Notes under the pieces: generated by a model
What the model was told of the DNA's origin: nothing
Seen by the model: only the letters and a program-made list of their open reading frames with translations
Database searches by the model: none
In this document: positions 28,748 through 38,427 of the stretch, piece after piece
Position numbering within the stretch: position 1 is the first letter of the stretch
Layout: each line of letters begins with the position of its first letter
Position numbers and translations under genes: made by a program
NCBI GenBank assembly: GCA_011364905.1
Contig: RDNZ01000002.1
Location: 32,001 to 96,000, forward strand
DNA from: Candidatus Thorarchaeota archaeon
Lineage (GTDB): Archaea; Asgardarchaeota; Thorarchaeia; Thorarchaeales; Thorarchaeaceae
Length of the DNA: 64,000 nt
Direction: 5' to 3'

Positions 28748-29923
28748 TCAAAGCTCGAGTCGTAGTATTTCTTGGAATTTTGGTAACTCCTTAATCGATG
28801 CCAAATCACGATCATTTAATGCGGTGCTTTTCAGCCTTTCATCAAGTCTAATGGACCTCTCTAAGAATTGCAGAGCATCATCAGTTTCACCAAGTTTGCA
28901 CAAGGCACAAGCTTTGTTGTAGATGATATTAGCATCATCTTCTTTCAGTTTAAGAGCTTCATCCAGCGATGTTAATGCATCAGCATCTCGATTCAGTTCC
29001 ATCAACGCAAATCCATGCTCAGCCCAAGCTTCCCAGTCCTTCGGATGTGATATTGTTAGTTCACGTAGTTGGACCTCAGCCTCTTCATTTCTAGCGAGTC
29101 TCAATAATGTTCTACTATGCAATAGTTTCCCATCATAGTGATTCGAATCAAGCTCTACAACTTTTCTAAATGCTACTTCAGAAGCGAAAAGAAATCCACC
29201 TCGAGCAAAACCCTGTCCTCTGGCAAACCACGCTTGTGGGTTTTTCGGATCTTTTTCAATTTCAGGCATTGTTACTTGATCCATAATCCGGTACGAATCC
29301 TCTCTTTGAATAATAGTTGCCAGTCTGATATTGACCATATTCTGGTGATATGTATCAATACCCTTGATTTTGGCTGCTTTCTGAAGAATGTCTTTTGCTT
29401 CAGCATATCTCTCCATATATTGCAGATATTTACCAAGAGTGTGGAATGCATCGAAGTTCTTTTTGTTCAGTTTAATCACTTTGCGAATTATCTCTTCAGC
29501 TTCATTGAATTGACCTTTTTCAAAAAGCAAAAGACTTAGTCCTTTGAGTGCCTCCTCATCTTTGGGGTTTTCACTGATAGATTGTCGATATTCGTCCTCA
29601 GTTGGAGTTTTTTCAACCTCGACAACCTCATCAGTATCAGGTACATTCTGGAGTAGCATCTTCATTGTAAACACTGCAAAACCTACATCTCCAAGAGCTT
29701 CCGCTTTGGATATGGCTTGTTTTGCCTCACGCAAGCGGCCTAGATCTTGTAGAGTTTGTGCGAGACCTACCCATGCAGTTGAGTAGTTCGGATTTATCTC
29801 AATTGCTTTTCGAAATTTGGATTCAGCGGCTGAAAACTTTTCTGTCTTCAGTAATTCATAGCCCTCATTAGCTAAATCTTCTGAACTGTTCACCATCACA
29901 ACAACTCCCAGTTTGATAGACAA
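28748..29923 (-). CDS. Tetratricopeptide repeat protein
   Basis: Multiple TPR units; terminal YNKACALCKLG...AL..LE unit; alternative start 29896. Confidence 0.9.
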   Translation of the reverse strand: MSIKLGVVVMVNSSEDLANEGYELLKTEKFSAAESKFRKAIEINPNYSTAWVGLAQTLQDLGRLREAKQAISKAEALGDVGFAVFTMKMLLQNVPDTDEVVEVEKTPTEDEYRQSISENPKDEEALKGLSLLLFEKGQFNEAEEIIRKVIKLNKKNFDAFHTLGKYLQYMERYAEAKDILQKAAKIKGIDTYHQNMVNIRLATIIQREDSYRIMDQVTMPEIEKDPKNPQAWFARGQGFARGGFLFASEVAFRKVVELDSNHYDGKLLHSRTLLRLARNEEAEVQLRELTISHPKDWEAWAEHGFALMELNRDADALTSLDEALKLKEDDANIIYNKACALCKLGETDDALQFLERSIRLDERLKSTALNDRDLASIKELPKFQEILRLEL

Positions 29924-29961
29924 CTACGCACCAGTTGATAAATACTTCGAACAAAATAAGA

Positions 29962-30037
29962 TGGAGCCGGCTCTGGGATTTGCACCCAGGTAAAACAGCT
30001 CTGCAGGCTGTCGCGTAAACTTCTCCGCCAAACCGGC
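29962..30037 (-). tRNA. tRNA-Cys(GCA), intact, CCA encoded
   Basis: GCCGGTT/AGCCGGC acceptor stem, ACAGC-CTGCAGA-GCTGT anticodon arm, CTGGG-TGCAAAT-CCCAG T arm, U73 discriminator. Confidence 0.96.
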
Positions 30038-30099
30038 TCAGCTGAGGTTTTTGTCACATTATTAGTTTTAAGGATGTCGGCAAAATCTGCGTCTATCTA
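30038..30099 (-). promoter_or_regulatory. Putative tRNA-Cys promoter (BRE/TATA-like)
   Basis: Minus strand TTTTGCCGACATCCTTAAAACT, with the AT box about 30 nt upstream of the mature 5' end; conserved in the relic copies. Confidence 0.6.
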
Positions 30100-30179
30100 A
30101 TTGACAGTTATTTCATTGAGTACTGCGGAAAGTTTTTCATCTTGGATACAGTCTGGTTACTTCATTTGAGGGGCAATCT

Positions 30180-31730
30180 ATGTCGAAATTTCCAGAGCTC
30201 CATCCTGTCAATATTGGAATGTTGTTGACTAGGAATTCTCAATATCGCCCAAATCATCTTGGAATAATTGTTGAGAACATCCGACTTTCATATCAGGAGT
30301 TTAACAGGGGTGTCAATCGCGTAGCCAATATGCTATGTGGTTTAGGTGTAGGAAAGGGAGATAAAATTGCAATTGTCCTGCCTAATTGTTTTGAATTGCT
30401 TGAACTGTATTGGGCAATAGCTAAACTCGGTGCAGTATCTGTACCCCTAAGTACATTACTCATGAGTCGAGGATTTAGATCACTCATCAATGATTCTGAT
30501 GCCAAGATAGTCGTAACAAGTTCTCAATATATGAGCATTCTAGAAGAGATTAAACATAAATTGACTGATGTTGAGGACTTTATTCTCATTGATGACTCTT
30601 CAAATTCGGAGTATAAAGACTATCAATCACTCAAGGCAGAGGCCAGCGATAAAGAGCCTGATGTTGAAGAAATAGATGAAAATGACCCCTATAATATCAT
30701 CTATAGTAGCGGAACAACTGGATTGCCAAAGGGCATCGTGCTCTCGCATTACGTCCGGGCGTATTATGCCACTCTATTTGCATCAAGCTTCAGAATGACA
30801 CCTGAAAACGTAATCATTCATTCGGGCTCTATTGTGTTTAATGGAGCCTTTGTTACTATGATGCCTGCGATGTTACTTGGATCAACATTTATTCTAAAAC
30901 TCAAGTTTGATGCCCAAGAATTTATTGAAACAGTCCAACGTGAAAAGGTCACTCATGTGATTATGGTTCCTTCACAATTAATTGCCATCCTAAATGCTCC
31001 GAACTTCTCGGTCGAGGCTCTGGAATCTTTAGAAATGATCTGCTCTGTTGGTGCGCCATTACTTATGGATGTCAAGGAAAAGCTCAATCAGCTCCTGCCA
31101 AATCGGTTTTACGAGCTCTATGGACTAACAGAAGGTTTCCTAACAGTTTTGGACAGAACGCATACTGCCAACAAGCTGCAATCGGTAGGTATTCCTCCAC
31201 CTTTCTTCAAAATGCGAATTGTAAATGAAAATGATGAGGATGTTCCGGTTGGAGAGATTGGGGAAATTATAGGAAAAGGACCCACATTGATGACAGAATA
31301 CTATAAACGCCCGGACATAACCACAGAGGCAATGAGGGATGGGTGGCTCCATTCTGGGGATTTAGGTTATCTTGATGATGATGGTTTTCTCTATTTGGTT
31401 GATCGGAAAAAAGACATGATTATTTCTGGTGGAGTAAATGTCTATCCAAAAGATATCGAGGAGGTCGTGGCGCAACATCCATCTGTGAAGGAAGTCGCAG
31501 TCTTTGGAATTCCAAACGAAAAATGGGGAGAGGCTTCTGTAGCAGCTGTTATACTACGAGACCCATTGTCGATAACAACAGAGGAACTAAGGAAATGGGT
31601 CAATGAGAGGGTTGGAGCGAAGTTTCAGAGAGTTCAACATGTTCTCATTGTCGATGATTTTCCCCGCAGTATATCAGGAAAGATACTCAAACGAGAACTA
31701 CGTGAAACATTTCCAGATGGAACACCATAG
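30180..31730 (+). CDS. AMP-forming acyl-CoA synthetase
   Basis: YSSGTTGLPKG, YGLTEG, SGDLG, DRKKDMIISGG, SGKILK. Confidence 0.93.
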   Translation: MSKFPELHPVNIGMLLTRNSQYRPNHLGIIVENIRLSYQEFNRGVNRVANMLCGLGVGKGDKIAIVLPNCFELLELYWAIAKLGAVSVPLSTLLMSRGFRSLINDSDAKIVVTSSQYMSILEEIKHKLTDVEDFILIDDSSNSEYKDYQSLKAEASDKEPDVEEIDENDPYNIIYSSGTTGLPKGIVLSHYVRAYYATLFASSFRMTPENVIIHSGSIVFNGAFVTMMPAMLLGSTFILKLKFDAQEFIETVQREKVTHVIMVPSQLIAILNAPNFSVEALESLEMICSVGAPLLMDVKEKLNQLLPNRFYELYGLTEGFLTVLDRTHTANKLQSVGIPPPFFKMRIVNENDEDVPVGEIGEIIGKGPTLMTEYYKRPDITTEAMRDGWLHSGDLGYLDDDGFLYLVDRKKDMIISGGVNVYPKDIEEVVAQHPSVKEVAVFGIPNEKWGEASVAAVILRDPLSITTEELRKWVNERVGAKFQRVQHVLIVDDFPRSISGKILKRELRETFPDGTP

Positions 31731-31754
31731 CAGCTTCACTTGATACGCCATAGT

Positions 31755-32600
31755 TCAATCGAAATTATTTTTCAGCCAATCTATTAAAGAGGGCGAGCAC
31801 ATAGCGTGTGTTTCTGCATGTTTCGCTCCAGGAATAACTTGAAATTCCTTGTTTTTACTAGGGACTTCATCAAAGAACGCACGTGCTGTTTCGATAGAGA
31901 AAATCTCATCTTTTTCACCAATGCCAACGAGAACTGGGAAATCCAAATGCTCGGGAAATCGAAACTTCTTCATGAATCGTTGTGCATTAAGATAATTCAG
32001 GAATCTTGGTGAATATTTGAAATTGAATAAAGGATCCTCTTTACCTATAATGCCCTCCCGTTTATATTCCATGACTGGGCGGTTGTAAGCAAAAATCATT
32101 TTTCCTATTGTCTTCAATTTCTCGCCTGTTGACATTTGGGGGAATGCGCCAGGCTTAATTTCTCGCCCAATACTCAGAAGAATAAGTCCAGAGATATGTT
32201 CTGCACAATGATTCAGCCCTTCTTCAAGTACAACCAGGTTTCCCAGACTGCTGCCAACCAGAATAACTCCTGAAAATTCCTGGTTTTTTACAAACATGAT
32301 AGTTTCACAAACATCATTCACGAGTCTTTCCTTACTCGGATAATCACCCCTAACACCATCAGAAAGACCATGACCACGCAGATCGAGACCAAATACGGAA
32401 AATCCAGCATCTGAGAGTGGACTTCCTAGCGAATCGTAGGGCTCACTATATGCGGTTATTCCGTGAAAAATGATAATTGCCGTCTTTGACGGAACTGAGG
32501 GTTTCCATTCACGCAGGAACAGAACTTTACCATCTGTTGTATGAATTAGGTGATGGGGTTTATCAAATTCTGCTCTAAGCTTCACAACATCAATATCCAT
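31755..32600 (-). CDS. Alpha/beta hydrolase (lysophospholipase-like)
   Basis: HG, DLRGHGLS, GSSLG nucleophile, GEKD, AKH; the ORF-track extension to 32654 runs through a tRNA relic. Confidence 0.88.
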   Translation of the reverse strand: MDIDVVKLRAEFDKPHHLIHTTDGKVLFLREWKPSVPSKTAIIIFHGITAYSEPYDSLGSPLSDAGFSVFGLDLRGHGLSDGVRGDYPSKERLVNDVCETIMFVKNQEFSGVILVGSSLGNLVVLEEGLNHCAEHISGLILLSIGREIKPGAFPQMSTGEKLKTIGKMIFAYNRPVMEYKREGIIGKEDPLFNFKYSPRFLNYLNAQRFMKKFRFPEHLDFPVLVGIGEKDEIFSIETARAFFDEVPSKNKEFQVIPGAKHAETHAMCSPSLIDWLKNNFD

Positions 32601-32608
32601 ACAAATAC

Positions 32609-32695
32609 CACGCAACCTACTCCGCCAGACCGGCTCTGCTGAATGGCATCTCAAATTCGAGATTTAAGGATGCCGGCAAAAGGGGCGTGTACCTA
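32609..32695 (-). repeat. tRNA-Cys 5' fragment (nt 1-26) plus copy of its upstream region
   Basis: 21/26 ungapped identity to the tRNA 5' end, then TC.GCTGA, TTTAAGGATG.CGGCAAAA and GCGT.TA.CTA at near-identical spacing. Confidence 0.8.
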
Positions 32696-32765
32696 TCAAA
32701 ATTTAGTTGGATAACTTGTGTGAAAGACTGAAATAAGCTAAACTGAATGAAGGAGATGATATAAT

Positions 32766-33638
32766 ATGCAAATAGGTCTACAAATTCCTAGCTTTACATG
32801 GCCTGGTGAAATAAGAGCAACATTGAGCGAAATCGCAAGGACTGCTGAAAAGGCAGGATTTTCCAGTATTTGGGTCATGGACCACTTCTTTCAGTTAGAA
32901 ATGTTTGGTGATGCTACTCAGCCAATGTTAGAAGCGTATAGCACCCTGAACTATATAGCTGCACAAACTAGCAAAGTAAAGTTAGGTACATTAGTAACAG
33001 GAGTTGTTTATCGTCATCCAGGTGCATTAATTAAAACTGTTACTACATTGGATGTTTTATCAGGTGGAAGGGCATATTTTGGTGTGGGAGCTGCCTGGTA
33101 TGAAAGAGAGGCACGAGGATTGGGACTGCCTTTTCCGAAAATTCAGCACCGATTTGAAATGTTAGAAGAAACCTTGCAAATAGCAAAGCAAATGTTCTCA
33201 GGAAAACGAGACCCATACAATGGAAAACATCATCAATTAGCTGAACCAATAAACAGTCCGCAGCCGCTCTCAAAACCACATCCTAAGATATTGATAGGAG
33301 GAATGGGTGAGAAAAAGACTCTACGGCTCGTAGCTCTATATGCTGATGCATGCAATTTATTCGCTTATGCGGGTCTTGATGCAATCAATCACAAACTTAA
33401 GGTCTTGAAAAAGCATTGTGAAACCATTGGAAGACCATACGATGAAATAGAACGCACCGCATTGAGTACAGTGGATTTGTCTGCGGGAAATATGTCAACT
33501 AAGGACGTTATAGGAATGTGCAAAGGACTGGCAAATGAGAGTATTGAACATGTTATTCTCAACATGCCAAATGTACATGAGATAACCCCACTCGAGAAGT
33601 TTGGAGAAGAAATCATTCCCGCTGTCGCAGACTTTTGA
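32766..33638 (+). CDS. LLM-class F420-dependent oxidoreductase
   Basis: WVMDHFFQ, LGTLVTG..YRHP, LDVLSGGR...G.GAAW, IGGMGEKKTLRLVA. Confidence 0.92.
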   Translation: MQIGLQIPSFTWPGEIRATLSEIARTAEKAGFSSIWVMDHFFQLEMFGDATQPMLEAYSTLNYIAAQTSKVKLGTLVTGVVYRHPGALIKTVTTLDVLSGGRAYFGVGAAWYEREARGLGLPFPKIQHRFEMLEETLQIAKQMFSGKRDPYNGKHHQLAEPINSPQPLSKPHPKILIGGMGEKKTLRLVALYADACNLFAYAGLDAINHKLKVLKKHCETIGRPYDEIERTALSTVDLSAGNMSTKDVIGMCKGLANESIEHVILNMPNVHEITPLEKFGEEIIPAVADF

Positions 33639-33677
33639 GATCATAAAAGGTGAGAGAATCTTTCACATGGATTTTAA

Positions 33678-33725
33678 CTCAGCTGAGTGAAGACACTTTA
33701 GACTGGATTTGAGGAAGTCGGCAAA
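33678..33725 (-). repeat. Relic of the tRNA-Cys upstream region, ending at tRNA position +1
   Basis: CTCAGCTGAG-N26-GA.GTCGGCAAA with the same 26-nt spacing as 30037..30084; AT box mutated. Confidence 0.65.
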
Positions 33726-33763
33726 GTGGCAAGCAGTATGGATGAAAGTTTGTTACATTCATT

Positions 33764-34609
33764 TCATTTCTCTTGAAGTCCGAATCCACTTTCCATAAGT
33801 TCCAAGAGTTTGGCGACGAATCGTGTAGCAGGAGCACCATAAGAAACCTCCTCATCAAACATCACAGTTAGATTGAGGAATTCGCCGATATTATCTTGAT
33901 TCATTGGGTTTCTTGGTTTCTTAGAGATGCCACCTAATGCAAACACAACTGGGTGTAAACCAACAGGAATCGCCCAGCCTCCACCTTTTCCGAACATTCC
34001 TATAGCTGTTACCCCAATTGTACCCATCATTTTTTTCCTCAAGAATGGATCTGATCTGAATTTTCGCCAGAAGAGTTTTCTAAATGGGCCCGGGAGACGA
34101 CGAAGGCTACTATCTGAGGAAGATTTCCTTTTTCCAGAAACAATGCTATCACCAGAGTCAGCCTTTTGAGCTTGGCGAATCTCATCATGAATTTGTCTGA
34201 AACTCTTTTCACTTGCCTTCCGGACACAATATTGAGTTGGAATCTTCCCCGCTTTCGTTTCTTTTTCAACAATCATTCCAACATCAACATCATCGAATAT
34301 GACAAGCTTCTTTTTCCCTTTTCTGAGAGCTTGAACCTCTATATGTTCGCTGACTGCTTGACTAACACATTTTATCACCCAAGCTGTGAAAGACATCTTC
34401 TCCCCTGTTCTTTCTTCTATCTCAGAAATAAACGTCCGAGCTTGTGTTACATCAACTTCTACTAATCCGTAGATACGATGTTTTGGTGCTAAGTTGTTAA
34501 GTAACTCTATGGGCAACGTGAATCTGTGTGTTATTTCCCTAAATGAAATGTCATTCCTTTCTTTAGCTGCTTCATCTAATTCTTGACTTCTTAAATTCAT
34601 GAAGAACAA
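33764..34609 (-). CDS. Stand-alone 2-oxoacid dehydrogenase E2-like catalytic domain, catalytic motif degenerate
   Basis: EVDVT, SFTAW.IK, GTIGVT.IGMFG, GGI.KKP; DHxxxDG replaced by DEEVSYG; no lipoyl domain. Confidence 0.85.
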   Translation of the reverse strand: MFFMNLRSQELDEAAKERNDISFREITHRFTLPIELLNNLAPKHRIYGLVEVDVTQARTFISEIEERTGEKMSFTAWVIKCVSQAVSEHIEVQALRKGKKKLVIFDDVDVGMIVEKETKAGKIPTQYCVRKASEKSFRQIHDEIRQAQKADSGDSIVSGKRKSSSDSSLRRLPGPFRKLFWRKFRSDPFLRKKMMGTIGVTAIGMFGKGGGWAIPVGLHPVVFALGGISKKPRNPMNQDNIGEFLNLTVMFDEEVSYGAPATRFVAKLLELMESGFGLQEK

Positions 34610-34742
34610 TCCTCTCAGTTGAAACCAAATTAATGCATGATATCATCAGACACTTTTTTCGCAGGTTCGAGGTCATTGGTGAAGGGGATATTAAAATATG
34701 TCATCGTACTCTAATGGAAACAAAAAACGTTGGCTATATTCA

Positions 34743-35951
34743 ATGACAGAAGATAGTATGATTTCAGGTTTTGTCAAACCACAGTTCGAATCTGTTAAAG
34801 ACGTTTTTATCGAAAACTTCGAACAACGGAATGAGTTGGGTGCAGCATGTTGTATCTATTACAAAGGAGAGAAAGTGGTTGACCTGTGGGGTGGAATCAA
34901 GAATGAAGGCACTGGGGAACCTTGGGAAGAGGACACTATGGTACTTGTTTGGTCAACAACAAAGGGGCTATCAGCTCTCGCAATGGCTCTTGCAAACTCT
35001 CAAGGATTGTTTGAATATGACGAACCAGTTTCGAAATATTGGCCAGAATTTGCTCAGAATGGGAAAGAAAGAATCACTGTCAGACAACTTATGGCGCATC
35101 AAGCTGGTTTGTACGCTTTTGATGAACTAGGTGATAGGGATATCATTGCAGACCTGGATCGTCTTGCTGTAGTATTAGCTGAGCAGAAACCTGCTTATGA
35201 ACCAGGAACACAACACACGTACCATGCGTTGACACTAGGTTTCTACCAGAGCGAACTCCTCCGAAGGGTTGATCCAAAGGGGCGTAGCTTAGGGCAATAC
35301 TTCCGTGATGAGATTGCTACTCCTTTAGGTATCGACTTCTACATTGGTTTACCAGAAGATATTCCAAACTCAAGACTCTCTCCGCTTAGAGAAGTCAAAT
35401 TTTCTTTTTCAGCCATGAAGTCTGCAGGTCTAGGAATGATTCTTGCCGCAATGAATCCCCGATCTGCACTCAGACGAGCTTTGGTTGGGACAGAGTTTTG
35501 CTTGGATGAAGATCACATCTATACTCGAAATTATGAAGTTCCATCTGGGGGAGGTGTAGGCACAGCTCGGGCAATCGCTTGTGCTTACAGTGTTTTTGCA
35601 ACTGGTGGAAAAGAACTTGGAATTCGTGAAGAAACGCTTCAACAACTAATGGCTCCAGCTATTCCTCCCACACGTGGTTTCAAAGATGGAGCCTTTAAGA
35701 TGAATACAAGTTATTCACTTGGATTTGCTAGAGGTCTTCCAGAGAGCCCATTTGGATCTCCTAGCTCTTTTGGGATGCCGGGCACAGGTGGATCGTTTGG
35801 ATATGCGGACCCTGAAGTCGGGGTAGGTTACGGATATGTACTCAATGGACTTGGAACTTCATTTCCACACGATCCACGAGATATCGCTTTGCGTACTGCT
35901 TTCTACGAATCCATTGGCAAGTCAGATTTGCTAAGTAGCAAAAGGGTGTAG
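34743..35951 (+). CDS. Serine hydrolase, beta-lactamase-like (family VIII esterase type)
   Basis: VVDLWGG, STTK (SxxK), HQAGL, YHA.T.G, G.GGS.G.ADP. Confidence 0.9.
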   Translation: MTEDSMISGFVKPQFESVKDVFIENFEQRNELGAACCIYYKGEKVVDLWGGIKNEGTGEPWEEDTMVLVWSTTKGLSALAMALANSQGLFEYDEPVSKYWPEFAQNGKERITVRQLMAHQAGLYAFDELGDRDIIADLDRLAVVLAEQKPAYEPGTQHTYHALTLGFYQSELLRRVDPKGRSLGQYFRDEIATPLGIDFYIGLPEDIPNSRLSPLREVKFSFSAMKSAGLGMILAAMNPRSALRRALVGTEFCLDEDHIYTRNYEVPSGGGVGTARAIACAYSVFATGGKELGIREETLQQLMAPAIPPTRGFKDGAFKMNTSYSLGFARGLPESPFGSPSSFGMPGTGGSFGYADPEVGVGYGYVLNGLGTSFPHDPRDIALRTAFYESIGKSDLLSSKRV

Positions 35952-36009
35952 GAACGACAATAATCACCTTTCAGCAAATGTATAAAAGTATTGAAACTTG
36001 CCCAACCAT

Positions 36010-36444
36010 ATGTCACCTACTCGCGCGGAAGAAGCAAAGAAGATAATGGATGAACAGAGAGGTTCTTGTTCACAAGCGATATTCGCTACCTATGGTGTAC
36101 ACCTCAGTTCTGGAAAACTTGACTATAATACTTGCATGAATATAGCATCTGGGTTTGGTGGGGGTATAGCCAGTAATGGAAATGTATGTGGAGCTCTGAC
36201 TGGTGCAATCATGGCTCTAGGACTGAAGTACGGAGGGTCAAGGATGGAGGAGAAAGTCTTTCAAGCCGCAAACACGCTTCTCGAAAATTTCACCAAGCTT
36301 CATGGTTCGACGCTTTGCAGAGAATTAATCAAATATGACTTAGCCGCTGCTGAAGATGTGAGAGAAGCCTTCGAAAAGGGTGCATTTGACAACTGTCCAA
36401 AATATGTGGAAGATGTGGCTGAGATTCTTGAAACACTAATCTAG
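36010..36444 (+). CDS. C-GCAxxG-C-C family putative redox protein
   Basis: CSQA, FGGG, CGALTG, CREL, terminal C. Confidence 0.9.
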   Translation: MSPTRAEEAKKIMDEQRGSCSQAIFATYGVHLSSGKLDYNTCMNIASGFGGGIASNGNVCGALTGAIMALGLKYGGSRMEEKVFQAANTLLENFTKLHGSTLCRELIKYDLAAAEDVREAFEKGAFDNCPKYVEDVAEILETLI

Positions 36445-36580
36445 TTTGTTTGATATTTGATTTTCTAAACAACTGCCTCCAGATCAGCACTAAAGTCCCA
36501 ATGTGTTCTGACTGCGAATTGCTTAACGGCGTGCATCAGTTTTTTAACCTCAGGAATAGACATGTAGCGGAGGTTCTCTA

Positions 36581-37033
36581 ATGGAGAGAGTAAATGAGAA
36601 GTATGGTTGGGTAGTGTACCTAGCTCTGAGTCTGTTGTGGTTGGTGGTTGGTCTGTACCAGATCTTCCTTCCCCGCGAACTGGCCGTAGATGATGTTCAG
36701 CTTATCTTGAACTTGCCACTGGGTGATCTCGAGGCATCGAGTCCGCTGGCCATGGACTTTGCGTTCTGGCTATATGGGAGTCTGGGTCTCCTGAAGGTCA
36801 GTTGGTCCTTCTTTGTCTTAGCGATAACCCTAACGGGCTTCAAGAAAGGAGAAAAGTGGGCATGGTATACTCTGTGGTCAGTACCTGCTCTCTTGGTGAG
36901 TACTGGACTTTTCAACACTATCTACATTGGTGATGTTTCCCAGATGTTGCAATGGGTACCGATTCTAAGCCTATCGCTATTGGGACTCCTCCTTCCGTAT
37001 AGGAAGTTCTTCCCCAAACAACCACGCGTGTGA
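36581..37033 (+). CDS. Four-TM membrane protein
   Basis: Hydrophobic helices, GEKWAW motif, GGAGG RBS. Confidence 0.8.
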   Translation: MERVNEKYGWVVYLALSLLWLVVGLYQIFLPRELAVDDVQLILNLPLGDLEASSPLAMDFAFWLYGSLGLLKVSWSFFVLAITLTGFKKGEKWAWYTLWSVPALLVSTGLFNTIYIGDVSQMLQWVPILSLSLLGLLLPYRKFFPKQPRV

Positions 37034-37186
37034 GCTGAAAGAAAACACCTCGGACTGCAGTTAGGGACATCAGCGAAGGTCGCTTGTATACTTCCGGATA
37101 CGCTTCTGTTACCGTTAAAGTAGCAGAATGACAAAAGCTTTAACACGGAACTGGGTCTGCCACTTACATTCTCAGGCGAACCAGAT

Positions 37187-38317
37187 ATGAGTCCAGAATA
37201 TCCTTCGACTAAGCATTTTATGAAAGGGCTAGACCTTAGCCAGATCTTCTACGAGGAAGCTGTTAAACCCCTCTTAGAATCAGATTTTCCTGCTCTTACA
37301 TACTCAGTAGGTCATCTAGGAGCTGGATCAGATGTACTGGGTTTTGACACGGAGCAGTCTATGGACCACGATTGGGGACCGAAGCTGTTAATCTTTCTTG
37401 GAGAGAAGGACCATGAGAAATACCACGAATCTCTAGACACTTTTCTCGGTCACAATTTGCCTACTGAAATTCGTAGCTTACCAGTAAACTTTGGATACCA
37501 TGATGATGGTACTATTGTTATGCAACTGTCAGGCGAAAGACCACTCAATCATGGAGTCAAGATTGTTACGATCAGCGATTACTTTGAGAGATATCTTACT
37601 GTAAATCCACTTGAGAAGATGAATCCGATAGATTGGGTAGTGCTTCCTGAACAACGATTACGAAGTATTACAAGTGGTCGAATATTCCATGATGGGCTTG
37701 GGAAGCTACAACCCATTATGGAGAAACTGTCTTACTATCCTAATGATGTGTGGCTGTACCTCTTGTCGACCCAATGGCGGCGCATTGCTCAAGACGAAGC
37801 CTTCATGGGACGTTGCGGACAGGTAGGAGACGAGTTAGGCTCTCGTGTTGTGGGTTCAAGACTGGTTTACGACATAATGAAGCTCTGTTTCTTGATGGAG
37901 AAGCAGTATGCCCCATATATCAAATGGTTCGGAACAGCTTTTTCGATGCTCAAGAGCGCAGGTACTTTGACAACAATCCTCAAGCGAGTGTTTGAAGCAA
38001 CTTCATGGGAAAATCGACAAGAACACCTTGTGAGAGCATATGAGATAGTGGCGGGTATGCATAATGACCTCGACATTACCGAACCGATGAGAACCAATGT
38101 GTTAAACTTTCACAACCGACCGTTCCGGGTCATTGGAGCGGATGATTTCGCTGAAGCAATCTACGCATCAATCCAAGATGAGGAAGTCTTGTCGCTTTCG
38201 AAGTTTCTCGGGGGTGTAGATCAGTTTGTCAACTCTACTGATGTACTATCCAAACCGGAACGATATCCTAAACTACGGAGTATGTTCGATTCATTATCAT
38301 TAGAGTATAGAATGTAA
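37187..38317 (+). CDS. DUF4037 nucleotidyltransferase-like protein
   Basis: G.GSDVLGFD...S.DHDWGP, YAPYIKW. Confidence 0.88.
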   Translation: MSPEYPSTKHFMKGLDLSQIFYEEAVKPLLESDFPALTYSVGHLGAGSDVLGFDTEQSMDHDWGPKLLIFLGEKDHEKYHESLDTFLGHNLPTEIRSLPVNFGYHDDGTIVMQLSGERPLNHGVKIVTISDYFERYLTVNPLEKMNPIDWVVLPEQRLRSITSGRIFHDGLGKLQPIMEKLSYYPNDVWLYLLSTQWRRIAQDEAFMGRCGQVGDELGSRVVGSRLVYDIMKLCFLMEKQYAPYIKWFGTAFSMLKSAGTLTTILKRVFEATSWENRQEHLVRAYEIVAGMHNDLDITEPMRTNVLNFHNRPFRVIGADDFAEAIYASIQDEEVLSLSKFLGGVDQFVNSTDVLSKPERYPKLRSMFDSLSLEYRM

Positions 38318-38427
38318 GAGCCTTCTTCAGTTCCTCTTTCTTTTCTTACTCCAGAATTGTGCAATTCATGCATCTATAGCCGCTCACCAAAGTTTTCAAA
38401 TATCCTCCTCCTCAGCTTTATGACGAA

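Noticed and set aside
32601-32654. N-terminal extension of the hydrolase in the ORF track
   Set aside because: Translates the tRNA relic and leader; ATG 32600 fits the family start
26591-33725. CRISPR array or classical integron/prophage reading of the repeats
   Set aside because: Repeats are tRNA-derived, unequal in length and kilobases apart; no cas, integrase, attC-like palindromes or viral genes in the window
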